DNA of 64,000 bases from the NCBI RefSeq assembly GCF_009914755.1, contig NC_060927.1; one strand, 5' to 3'. Positions within the stretch are counted from its first letter, which is position 1. Each line of letters starts with the position of its first letter. A program made the position numbers and the translations under genes. The DNA is from the human T2T-CHM13v2.0 reference genome, Homo sapiens. The notes under the pieces were generated by a model that was given only the letters and a program-made list of their open reading frames with translations, had not been told where the DNA came from and ran no database searches. This document shows positions 20,259 to 39,710 of this stretch, piece after piece.

Positions 20259-20400
20259 CTGCCCCGAGGGGCGGGCACTGACAGTCCTGGCCTGCCCGCC
20301 GCGGCTGTTTACACCGCAGAGGCTGTTTACACCGCAGAGGCTGTTTACACCCGCTGAGCAGCACGGCCGAGCCGGAAGAAGCCTCCCGTGCCTGTGCGCT
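20259..20400 (-). other. LRRC2: LRRC2 non-coding exon 1 (5' boundary approximate)
   Basis: Minus-strand donor CAG|GTAAGC at 20259/20258, inside a CpG island upstream of the first coding exon. Confidence 0.7.
20303..20351. repeat. 18-bp tandem repeat (GGCTGTTTACACCGCAGA) x2.7, one forkhead site per unit
   Basis: Units start at 20303, 20321 and 20339; each contains TGTTTAC. Confidence 0.95.
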
Positions 20401-20985
20401 AACAGGCTATATTTGTAGGCGGATAATATGATCTGGAGGACATGTGCTAAATCAACTATCTATCTATTCTATGTGACTCAGCCCAGCCTGAGACAAAACA
20501 GACTTCGTAGGGGAGGGCTTGGCACCCTGCGCGCTGCAGCCGGCCAGCGCGAGCCCCGGCCCAGGGACTATCTGCAGCCTCCTACCCAGGGCCAGACATT
20601 TTCACACTGGAGATCCCGGAGGGTGTGGAATGGAAGGGAGCTGGTTCCGAGTGCTCAGCACGCTAAGCTGGGAACCCAGCCAGACGCAGGCTTTGAAAGC
20701 CATATGACCAAGGGAATGTAAAAGTGTTTTCGATGTTGGAAGCAGCAGACATCGAAGGTCTCAATTTCACCGTTACATTTTATCTTTTTAATATCCTAAA
20801 ATGTATGTGAGTTTAGGTTCTCTTTAGATACTTTACTAATTGGCCAAATATGTTTTGCTGATAGCCGACATCGTGAAAATATGACAAGTTAATAATCAGT
20901 AATCAACTCCCTGGCTGCTCCCAGGAGTCCATGTGAACACGTCCTGATCCTTAATGGCAATGGCTCCTCATATCCCTTAGCCTAA

Positions 20986-24925
<3,940 letters not shown>

Positions 24926-24928
24926 TAG

Positions 24929-27840
<2,912 letters not shown>

Positions 27841-28644
27841 TCATAGAAAATGAAATACAAACACCCAATAACCAAGCAACAATGAAATACTACTTTTCAC
27901 ATACTGTATTAACAAAATTTAAGATGCTTGCTGCAGCCAGACCTGGTAAGTACTTGGGAGATAAGCTCTCAATACCAACTCAAGGGGGAGGGAGGAGGGG
28001 CGGAGAGGAGATTGGTGCAGGCTTCTTCGAAAATAATTTGGAAGCATCCACCCTTTAACCAAGCAATTCCAGTGCTAGAAATTTACAAGAGGAATATGCT
28101 CTCAAGCGTTCACCAAGATATATGTACAAGGAAGTTCACCACAAAACGTGGAAACATGTCATGTCTATTCATTGATAAAATAATGTATACTATGTCTACA
28201 TAGGAAGAAATATGATACGGCCCCCATGGCGCACGGAAAAAAAATGAAGTCCTCTCTTAAGCCCTTCTCCATTCCTCTTACGCCATTTATGTAACAATAT
28301 GGCTCTAAAATGACTTGCTTGAGCATGTCTTCCCCACTGAAATTGCAGATTTTTGAATGCAGGAATCTGTCCTTTTATGTCCCACACAGAGACCTTTGGC
28401 AAATACAGAGTAAGTTTCCAGTTGCAATTTGTAAGTTTGCCAGTGAAAACAGAAAGCCATTAACTTGTTAATGAAGTGTGGCCAGGACACATTGGGTGGA
28501 TAATGCTTCCGCAGGAGTGTAGCTCAGGTGTTAACAGAAGCTAAGCTTGATGAAATTAGAGGCCCCAGCATTCCTCAGCTGGAGGGTACATACATATACA
28601 GAACTCCCCCGCCCCCTCTGCTCTCTCTTATCTTCTGGCCTGCC

Positions 28645-28671
28645 TGGATGTTCAAGGGAACAATGACAGAG
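28645..28671 (+). other. TDGF1: Probable alternative upstream first exon of CRIPTO; splicing to exon 2 gives a Met17-initiated isoform
   Basis: Strong donor GAG|GTAAGA at 28671/28672 with a GC box at about 28606-28615. Fits my recollection of a transcript variant starting about 3 kb upstream. The start is approximate. Confidence 0.5.
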
Positions 28672-30276
28672 GTAAGACCTAAGTGCCCTATGATAAAAGA
28701 AGGCTTTTACCTTGAAATACTGTCATTGTAGTGCAGACATGGCATTCTTTTGTTAACTCTTTGGTTGGAATTTAGTTCTACGTGTTCTCAACTATTTAAA
28801 CAAGGTCGAATTGGCTTTTGATAGCTAAAATTGATCCCATTCTCCAAGTTTATTTTCTTCCTTGAATTTTAGGCAGACACAGGAAGTCTGTCCTTTGATT
28901 ATGATGTATTTCATTCCACCATTCTTGTTTGGATGGTTTTAAGTCAAATGCTTATTTGTGTGATTTTTAAACACAATTCTGCCCCAGTTTTTAATACACA
29001 ATGTCTCAAGGGCAGTACCAAGAAATGGCCAACACCAAGAGCATTGTTTTTCATTTTCTGCTCTCAGTGCCTTTTGTAAGGGATGAGATGGGCTGCCTGT
29101 GATTGGGGAACCCCCGTTGCACAGCACTTCCCAATCCTAGGCCTGACCTTTTGACACAAAGCACTCATTGGCCTGGAGGCTGGCCAGCAGCCCAGTTTCA
29201 ACAGTGACCAAGCAGAGGTGACCAGTGGCCATCCTAGGGTAGCCATTCAATTCCCCCACCTGGAGGCAGCAACAACTTTTTGCAGTTAGTACAATTAGAA
29301 TCAACAATTACTGTTCTTTCTCTCCAGCCTCACAGTGGGGTTACTTCTCACAACTGTTTCTCCAGCGCCAAACTCCAGTCTACAGGCCGCCCAGTAGTAG
29401 ACATCAAATACCTGTTAAATAGCCCTTACATCTCCAGCCCAACGGCAAATATCTAACCTCTCTTAAACACCACAGCCCTTCCCTTCCCCTTCTCCCCACC
29501 CCCCATCCCAAAACCTGGCCCAGGCTCTGAATACCCTGGATCCACTTGGCTTCCTCTGCAGTCAGTACCTATGGGGAATGGGAATCTCTTCAGGGGGTTC
29601 TGGTCCTTAGAGAAGGGATTTTGTGTGGCTGAAAAGCTGGCATCCTGGGGTTCTGGTCCCGTCAATGACAACATCGCCAGACTGGAGACCTCAGTTACTT
29701 CCTCTGAAAATGCAGTGATTTCCAGGGGTCCTATTTAAGCTCTAAAAATTCCACAAGAGCTTTAGATAAGGAAATAGCAACGCAGGGGTGTGTTCTTTTG
29801 CCAGTTCTGCCACAGGCCTGCCCAGTCTCTAAAGACAAGACATCCAAATCCCCCAATAGAACTAGTTGTCTTGTCCATAAAGTGAGACTAATATTGTGGG
29901 CGCTACTTATCTACTTAGCACCTTGGACTGGTGAGGACTGTGGTGCACAAGCTACCTTACAAATGTACCACACTGAGTAACATCTTTAAACCTCCTTGCA
30001 GCTCCAGGGCTAGCCTTCTCCTTTGCGGAGCCCTCCCCCACCTCCGGCCTCCTAGAGCTTCAGGCCATGTTCCCCTGTCCCCTGTGAATCTCAGCATGCT
30101 ACCTGAAGCATTTCACCTGAAAAGGCCACACAGGGAGGAGGCGAAGCGCAGCAGGAATGAAATAGTCAACTGCTGTGGAGTTGGAAATGTTGCTGCATCC
30201 CACCATTGACTGGATGGGGCCTCACTCCCCCAATACAAATTATTTTACGTTTGCTTCTCCCAAGATCATGTGTAAG

Positions 30277-30566
30277 GCCGGGCGCGGTAGCTCATGCCTG
30301 TAATCCCAGCACTTTGGGAGGCCGAGGCGGGTGGATCATGAGGTCAGGAATTTGAGACCAGACTGACCAACATGGTGAAACCCTGTCTCTACTGAAAATA
30401 CAAAAATTAGCCGGGCGTTGTGGCGGGCGCCTGTAATCCCAGCTACTCAGGAGGTTGAGGCAGGAGAATGAGGCAGGAGAATCACTTGAACCCAGGAGGT
30501 GGAGGTTGCAGTGAGCCAAGATCGTGCCATTGCACTCCAGCCCGGGTAACAGAGGGAGACTCTGTC

Positions 30567-30597
<31 letters not shown>
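30277..30597 (+). mobile_element. AluS-like element upstream of the CRIPTO promoter
   Basis: GGCCGGGCGCGGT start, long A tail, TSD ATCATGTGTA. Confidence 0.92.
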
Positions 30598-30601
<4 letters not shown>

Positions 30602-31738
30602 GTGTAGAAGTAAATAACACCTCTTCCCAGCACCTGTGGATCCATGGCATTCACACAGGTAGGCACTGACGCTGAAATGGCCTCAGATGCTACCAATTCT
30701 TTCTGCCGAGGCCTAAATCCAATAAACAGAGATGGATGGAAACAACTATCTAATAAAAGTTTCGCATTTGTGTGCCTGGCAACATTAAGTAACCGTCAGG
30801 CTTTCCTTTAGAAATTGGAATTAAATGCGATTTAGAAACTATTAACGACTTTGGGCGTATTTAATAACACATGAAATAACCCGGAGGATTGAAATGTTAG
30901 GTGAGGCGACTCCGGCTCATAGACGCGCCTCTCCATCTGGGGCGTCTGGCACTTAGTGGAACCACTCAATAAACACGTTTACCCCTGCAAGCGGCACATC
31001 AGAGTCCGGGGGTAATTCTCGGTGTCGTGGGGCCAGGACGGCGAGGGGCTGGAAGAGGCCGCCCTGTGGGAGCTGGGAGGCTGAGATAAATTCCCGTGAT
31101 TGGGGGCTGAAATGGCCTCCCATGCCGGACTGCCGTGGTTCTAGAACTTTTTCCTGGAACAGGCCGGCACTCCCACTGGAGAGTCCCAGCTGCTGCGCCT
31201 CTGGCCGCCCCTCCCCTCTCCCGGGCACCTGGCGCCGGCTCCCGCGTCCTTTCAGGAATTCACGTCCGCCTGGAATTTGCACTTCAAGTCTGGAGCCCCC
31301 AAGGAACCCCTCCTGACCCTGAACTTCTATCTCAGTTTCAAGCTTCCTAGTCTTCCCCACACACACACACCTAGCTCCTCAGGCGGAGAGCACCCCTTTC
31401 TTGGCCACCCGGGTATCCCCCAGGGGGAGTACGGGGCTCAAAACACCCTTCTGGAAAAACAAAGGTGGAAGCAAATTTCAGGAAGTAAAACTTCCTGAAA
31501 TAAAATAAAATATCGAATGCCTTGAGACCCATACATTTTCAGGTTTTCCTAATTAAAGCAATTACTTTCCACCACCCCTCCAACCTGGAATCACCAACTT
31601 GATTAGAGAAACTGATTTTTCTTTTTTCTTTTTTTTTCCCAAAAGAGTACCTCTGATCATTTTAGCCTGCAACTAATGATAGAGATATTAGGGCTAGTTA
31701 ACCACAGTTTTACAAGACTCCTCTTCCCGCGTGTGGGC

Positions 31739-31753
31739 CATTGTCATGCTGGT
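31739..31753 (+). promoter_or_regulatory. SOX-OCT composite element
   Basis: CATTGTCATGCTGGT resembles the UTF1-type SOX2-OCT4 element CATTGTTATGCTAGT. It lies just upstream of the TSS of a pluripotency gene. Confidence 0.65.
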
Positions 31754-31839
31754 GGGCGTCCCGCCCACCTGAAAGGTCTCCCCGCCCCGACTGGGGTTTG
31801 TTGTTGAAGAAGGAGAATCCCCGGAAAGGCTGAGTCTCC

Positions 31840-31851
31840 AGCTCAAGGTCA
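31840..31851 (+). promoter_or_regulatory. DR0 nuclear-receptor element (GCNF/NR6A1; the TCAAGGTCA core also fits NR5A2/ESRRB)
   Basis: AGCTCAAGGTCA, with a second NR5A-like CCAAGGCCG at 31858-31866. GCNF repression of CRIPTO through a DR0 is established. Confidence 0.75.
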
Positions 31852-32058
31852 AAACGTCCAAGGCCGAAAGCCCTCCAGTTTCCCCTGGACGCCTTGCTCC
31901 TGCTTCTGCTACGACCTTCTGGGGAAAACGAATTTCTCATTTTCTTCTTAAATTGCCATTTTCGCTTTAGGAGATGAATGTTTTCCTTTGGCTGTTTTGG
32001 CAATGACTCTGAATTAAAGCGATGCTAACGCCTCTTTTCCCCCTAATTGTTAAAAGCT

Positions 32059-35000
32059 ATGGACTGCAGGAAGATGGCCCGCTTCTCTTACAGGTATGAG
32101 CTAATCTTGAATGTGAACTTTTTTTGATTGCTAGAGATTGCCAGCTTAGGAAGTAATGTTCTACACCTGTCATTTGATTTTTCTCTTGCTCAAGCCTTAA
32201 AAGAGCTGCCAACCGCACTGCTGTTTTTCCTGAAAGACCTGGAATTTCACATGGTTACTTCTAACTTTGCCATTGGCTTTTAACATTTTCGTGTTAATGT
32301 TAATTTTCATTTTATGTTAATGACTCTGCCTATGAAATAGTGTTTCTTTATTCTTGTACAAATAAAGGTCAGTACTACAACCAAATTTAAAATCTTCCGA
32401 AAAGATTAAAGGTATAAGCAGATTCAATACTTGGCAAAACTATTAAGATAATAGCAAAAAAAAAAAAAAAACCCACATTTTTTACCTAAAAACCTTTTAA
32501 GTGATTGGTTAAAATAGTTTGGCCGGGTGCGGTGGCTCACGCCTGTAATCCTAGCACTTTGGGAGGCAGAGGCGGGTGGATCACCTGAGGTCAGGAGACC
32601 AGCCTGGCCAACATGGCAAAACCCCGTCTCTATTAAAAATACAAAAATTAGCCAAGCATGGTGGCGGGCACCTGTAATCCCAGCTACTCTGGAGGCTGAG
32701 GCAGGAGAATTGCTTGAACTGGGGAGGGGAGGCAGTGAGCCGAGATCGCACCATTGCACTCCAGCCTGGGTGAAAAACCGAAACTCCCTCTCAAAAATAA
32801 ATAAATAAATACAGTAGTTTGTAAAATGATTCATCGGTAACATGGGATGCAGCTATTTTTTAATCCTTATATGAAAATTGTATGCAGGGGAAAACATGTG
32901 AAATAGAAGATAAAAGACATATACCTACTTAAAATTAGGTACTTATGTGAGGACAGGGCCTAAGAAATAATAATATATATTAAAAAGACTTGGATATTGG
33001 TGACTTTTTTTCAACATTTTTCTTTGTTACATGAATTAGCCATTAAAAAAAGAAAGATGGTGCTCTACAATTTCTTTTCAGTGATCTGTGGTCTTGTCCT
33101 TGTGATGAGAGGACCTGGGTGTTAACTTGTAAGGTTTTATTTCCTTTGTTTGGCTAACTCATGTCTGACTTCCTCTTCCTAGTGTGATTTGGATCATGGC
33201 CATTTCTAAAGTCTTTGAACTGGGATTAGTTGCCGGTGAGAGACCTTTTGTTCTTTTGATCACTCTCAATTTTTATGTGGCCTAAAATACAGACTCCATG
33301 AATTGATTTTGTCGTTAAGGGCTGGGCCATCAGGAATTTGCTCGTCCATCTCGGGGATACCTGGCCTTCAGAGATGACAGCATTTGGCCCCAGGAGGAGC
33401 CTGCAATTCGGCCTCGGTCTTCCCAGCGTGTGCCGCCCATGGGGATACAGCACAGTAAGAACTGCCTGACTTCGATGCTTCTGCCCTGGCCCTTCATGTG
33501 TCTCCTGAGTATCTTTCCAACACTCTTTCACCTAAAAGGGCACCTGGTTCTGGAACTGTGCAGGTGCTGGACTGCTTTTGGTTTTGGAAGTGAGACAAGG
33601 ATTGTGTATTTTACTTCCCTAGAGTGCAGTTTTCCTCCCCTGAGTCCACTTCACACTGGGGAACCCAGAACCACCACTGGCCTATGCATGAAAATGACTT
33701 CTCTGCTCAAAGGCACAGAGTCTTACTCTGATACAACACATTGGTGTTGTATTAACCTTCGCTTACAGGAATTGCCCTTGCACTTTTCCATCCCTACACC
33801 CTCAGTCATCTGTTCTTACCTTTCAGGTAAGGAGCTAAACAGAACCTGCTGCCTGAATGGGGGAACCTGCATGCTGGGGTCCTTTTGTGCCTGCCCTCCC
33901 TCCTTCTACGGACGGAACTGTGAGCACGATGTGCGCAAAGAGTAAGCAATTCAGAGGGGCGGGGAGCCGTGGAGAGGAGAGAGAAAGGGAAGTGGAAATT
34001 TCAGACCCAAGGCTATCGCCTTACCTGTTCATTCTCAGGAACTGTGGGTCTGTGCCCCATGACACCTGGCTGCCCAAGAAGTGTTCCCTGTGTAAATGCT
34101 GGCACGGTCAGCTCCGCTGCTTTCCTCAGGCATTTCTACCCGGCTGTGGTAAGCGGAGGTTCTCCTCTTTCTTTTGCCCTTTGAAGTTACGTAGTTGCCT
34201 TGGGGGGTGCTTAGTTAGCAGGCTCTCCTTGTACCTCTTGTCTTGCTAGAGCCTGGCAGCCAAAGTTCTGCTTATAAAAGCATCGCAGACTCCTGATGAG
34301 ATAGTTGCCTTGGCCTCTTTGATATTTATTTCCTCGGGAACCTGGCTAGTCCTGCTGCCTTTCAGATAGAGATGTATTTCAAGTCTATTTGACATTTTAT
34401 GGTCTGAACTTCTATTGAGGAAAATAAACAAGTCTCGGTCTCTTGTTAAACCAAGAGATGTTCTCTGGTGTTCCTTTCCTTTGGGTAGGGGGACCCAAAC
34501 CAGGATGGGCAGCTCATTTAGAGCCCACCCTGACGACAAATTCTATCAGAGGCTTGGCCCCTTGCTAGTCCTTTAGAAACTTCCAGAGTCCTAAAAGTCC
34601 CTGGTAACCCCCTCCCCATACCTTACCATGACTGGTCACAGAACCCTTACCATGACTGGTCACAGAACCCTTTCACCTTCTTGATTTTTACTGATTTGAG
34701 GAATACAATGAAAAGAAGGGCAGCACCTGGAGAGGAAAAGAGGCGACAGTCCTCTCTCCACCCTAGCCTGAGCCAGGTTTCTAGGGCCCCCCAAATTCAG
34801 AGACCTATTATAGTTCTGGGCCTTGGAGATGTTAGAAATGGAAAATATTCAAGTCCAGGAAGTAAATGAAAGCAAACATTTCACTGAGAACAGGAAGGAA
34901 TTCCCCAATCCAGACAGGGATTGTGTCTTTGCCATTTGCATCCTGGGTGTCAGGCTCAGGATAGGTGTTTGATAAGTGTGGGTTGGGTGATTGGATGTGT

Positions 35001-35338
35001 AGGGAACATGTTCTCTTCCTGGAACATGGGGCCCAATCAGAATCTAACCAGGTTGTGCTCATTCCTGCAAGTGAAGGCATCACCACTGGGCTAGGTTCCA
35101 GGTGTGAGTGTCCTGAGAAGAGCAGGTTCACAGTAGCGTATAGATATGCCACATTTGTGGGCAGCAGGATGAACTGCCAGAGAGGTTTGCTTTAATGACC
35201 AAGCATCCCTACCTTCCAGATGGCCTTGTGATGGATGAGCACCTCGTGGCTTCCAGGACTCCAGAACTACCACCGTCTGCACGTACTACCACTTTTATGC
35301 TAGTTGGCATCTGCCTTTCTATACAAAGCTACTATTAA
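32059..35338 (+). CDS. TDGF1: CRIPTO / teratocarcinoma-derived growth factor 1, EGF-CFC Nodal co-receptor, 188 aa; join(32059..32093,33183..33235,33320..33454,33827..33941,34039..34148,35220..35338)
   Basis: Spliced translation reads [36 protein letters not shown]...[30 protein letters not shown] (EGF-like)...[36 protein letters not shown] (CFC)...[16 protein letters not shown]. Exon lengths 35+53+135+115+110+119=567 nt; all five introns GT..AG. Introns show it is the parent gene, not a retrocopy. Confidence 0.98.
32521..32810 (+). mobile_element. Alu in CRIPTO intron 1
   Basis: GGCCGGGTGCGGTGGCTCAC start and (AAAT)n tail. Confidence 0.92.
33022..33260 (+). promoter_or_regulatory. TCF/LEF motif cluster around CRIPTO exon 2
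   Basis: CTTTGTT at 33022 and 33144, CTTTGAA at 33213 (exonic), CTTTTGAT near 33253. A Wnt-responsive intronic-exonic enhancer is described for this gene. Confidence 0.5.
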
Positions 35339-35404
35339 TCGACATTGACCTATTTCCAGAAATACAATTTTAGATATCATGCAAATTTCATGACCAGTAA
35401 AGGC

Positions 35405-35412
35405 TGCTGCTA
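35405..35412 (+). promoter_or_regulatory. miR-15/16-family 8mer site in CRIPTO 3' UTR
   Basis: TGCTGCTA is the complement of seed AGCAGCA plus A1, located 67 nt after the stop codon. Confidence 0.65.
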
Positions 35413-35586
35413 CAATGTCCTAACTGAAAGATGATCATTTGTAGTTGCCTTAAAATAATGAATACATTTCCAAAATGGTCTCTAACATTTCCTTACAGAA
35501 CTACTTCTTACTTCTTTGCCCTGCCCTCTCCCAAAAAACTACTTCTTTTTTCAAAAGAAAGTCAGCCATATCTCCATTGTGCCTAA

Positions 35587-35899
<313 letters not shown>

Positions 35900-37279
35900 G
35901 GTGTTTCTTGATACATGTAATTCTACCAAGGTCTTCTTAATATGTTCTTTTAAATGATTGAATTATATGTTCAGATTATTGGAGACTAATTCTAATGTGG
36001 ACCTTAGAATACAGTTTTGAGTAGAGTTGATCAAAATCAATTAAAATAGTCTCTTTAAAAGGAAAGAAAACATCTTTAAGGGGAGGAACCAGAGTGCTGA
36101 AGGAATGGAAGTCCATCTGCGTGTGTGCAGGGAGACTGGGTAGGAAAGAGGAAGCAAATAGAAGAGAGAGGTTGAAAAACAAAATGGGTTACTTGATTGG
36201 TGATTAGGTGGTGGTAGAGAAGCAAGTAAAAAGGCTAAATGGAAGGGCAAGTTTCCATCATCTATAGAAAGCTATATAAGACAAGAACTCCCCTTTTTTT
36301 CCCAAAGGCATTATAAAAAGAATGAAGCCTCCTTAGAAAAAAAATTATACCTCAATGTCCCCAACAAGATTGCTTAATAAATTGTGTTTCCTCCAAGCTA
36401 TTCAATTCTTTTAACTGTTGTAGAAGACAAAATGTTCACAATATATTTAGTTGTAAACCAAGTGATCAAACTACATATTGTAAAGCCCATTTTTAAAATA
36501 CATTGTATATATGTGTATGCACAGTAAAAATGGAAACTATATTGACCTAAATGTGAACTGGTTATTTCTAGGTGGTGAGGTGCTTTATGGTGGTGGGTTT
36601 TTGCTCTTGATGCCCTTTTTGCATTTTCCAAAGTACCATGGTGAGGATGTGTTATATCTTTTCCAGGGTCCTAAAAGTCCCTGGCAACTCCCTCCCCATA
36701 CCCTACCATGACTGGTCACAGAACCCTTTCACCTTATTGATTTGTACTGATTTCATATGGAATATGGCAACTACATCTGGCTCAAAACAAAGGAAACCAG
36801 AAGAGCCAAGTCCCAGGTGAGTGCTCAGTTCTGTTTCTAGCTTTGACGTGTGTGTTCTTCTGTGAAGGACAAAATTTGCTTCTATTATTTAGGTACCATA
36901 ATTTGTGTTTTTCCAAATTAATTCCCTGCAGATGCAAACTGCCAAATAGGTGACATTTTTTACAATGCCCAATGGAAAGAAAGTAAAATGGAATAAGCAG
37001 GAAGCAGTGAGGTGTACCAGAAAGCACAAAATCAGGAGGTAGACAGGCTGAATTTGGAAGGTGGTCTGGCCACTTACTGACAGTGGGACCCAGCTTCCTA
37101 ATCTGAATCTGGATTAGTGCCTACATCACAGTATTAGAACTAAGTGACATAAAATAGTTAAATAGTTAAAACATTTATACAAAATAGATTCTCAATAAAT
37201 GTCACATTTTCTTCTCTTTTTACCTGCATATTTACCGCAGAGGGTTTAAAAACATTTTTGGGGCCAGAAATAGAATTTA

Positions 37280-38772
<1,493 letters not shown>

Positions 38773-38789
38773 TTAGAGGAAACGCAACA

Positions 38790-39710
38790 CTGGTAGAAGC
38801 AGTTGCTTTAGAACGTGTCTGAGATGAGGTTCCCGAAGAGACTCATCCCAGAGGGGTTTCTTGAGGAGTGCCCTGGGTGCAGCCCTTGCCAGCCAGGGAG
38901 AGGGAACACTGATGCTGCAGTCAGCAGACACCTCACCTGCATTGCTGTGTGTGATGGGGAGCTCTGGAGCCATGGGGAGTTCTGGAACTGGGGTGGCCCT
39001 TCAGAGTTGTCCCCAGCTGAAGCAAGAAACCAGGTCTTTCTACCCCCCCCACATCAATGGTAATGGAGCACAAGCTGCCCCCGGGAGGGCGCATGGCCTT
39101 GGGTAAGTGGACTCCTTTGAGTTAAGGACAGTTCATACCTAACACCCCCAGCCTCTGGGAGAAGGTGGGTCTCATCACAGTCCACCGCTCATGCTGCTGG
39201 TTCCATTTCCTCCAGGATTCTGAATGATCAGTTTTCCTGGGTGAACTTCAACAGAGTAGGATTGGTGGGGCAGACTACAGTCCCCTCTCCTGCAGCTGAT
39301 CTCAGAGCACAACAGAAAACTGAGGTACATGTCCCTCCTGTACCCATTCTGCCTCCCCTTGCCCTGAGCTAGCACCTCTGCTCTTGTATGTGGCTTACCT
39401 GGTGGGGGTGACCAAACCTTCATCCCTAGGGGGTCTAAATCCCTGATTCCCATGCCCTTCTCAAGCTCAAATTGGGCAGGGAGTACCAAAATATACCCCT
39501 GTGGATCACCTGAGCTGAAACTTTGTACCCCCACAGCATTAGAGTCTTCCCTGGGAGGAAGCACCTCCTTGGCCTCAGCAGTTCCTGTCAGTCAAGGGTG
39601 AGTCCCAGACAGACACTAAGCCAGGAGCAGCCAACATGCTCTAATCCACCCCCAAGGAGTGCCCCCATGACCTTCTCACATGTATACTGCCTGGCCCGTG
39701 CTGCTTCAAT
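38790..39710. mobile_element. Old ERVL-type LTR and internal fragment
   Basis: The minus-strand peptide at 39175-39564 (DPLGMKVWSPPPGKPHTRAEVLAQGKG) resembles the degenerate ERVL pol C-terminus, and the flanks are LTR16/33-like. Confidence 0.45.

Larger units (their letters stand above)
19900..20700. promoter_or_regulatory. CpG island / LRRC2 promoter
   Basis: High GC and CpG density with several GC boxes. Confidence 0.8.
30900..32058 (+). promoter_or_regulatory. TDGF1: CRIPTO CpG-rich promoter and 5' UTR part of exon 1 (TSS about 31.8 kb)
   Basis: CpG-dense at 30.9-31.45 kb and 31.7-31.95 kb, with GC boxes (CCCGCCC, CCCCGCCCC) directly upstream of the first coding exon. Confidence 0.8.

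Noticed and set aside
33236-33319. CRIPTO intron 2 (84 nt, divisible by 3) as a second read-through intron
   Set aside because: It contains an in-frame TAA after 16 codons.
32059-35338. CRIPTO3 / TDGF1 processed pseudogene or CFC1
   Set aside because: The gene has five canonical introns, an intact 188-aa CRIPTO sequence and LRRC2 as neighbour.
35379-35386. Perfect octamer ATGCAAAT in the 3' UTR
   Set aside because: No adjacent SOX site, and an 8-mer is expected by chance several times in 64 kb.
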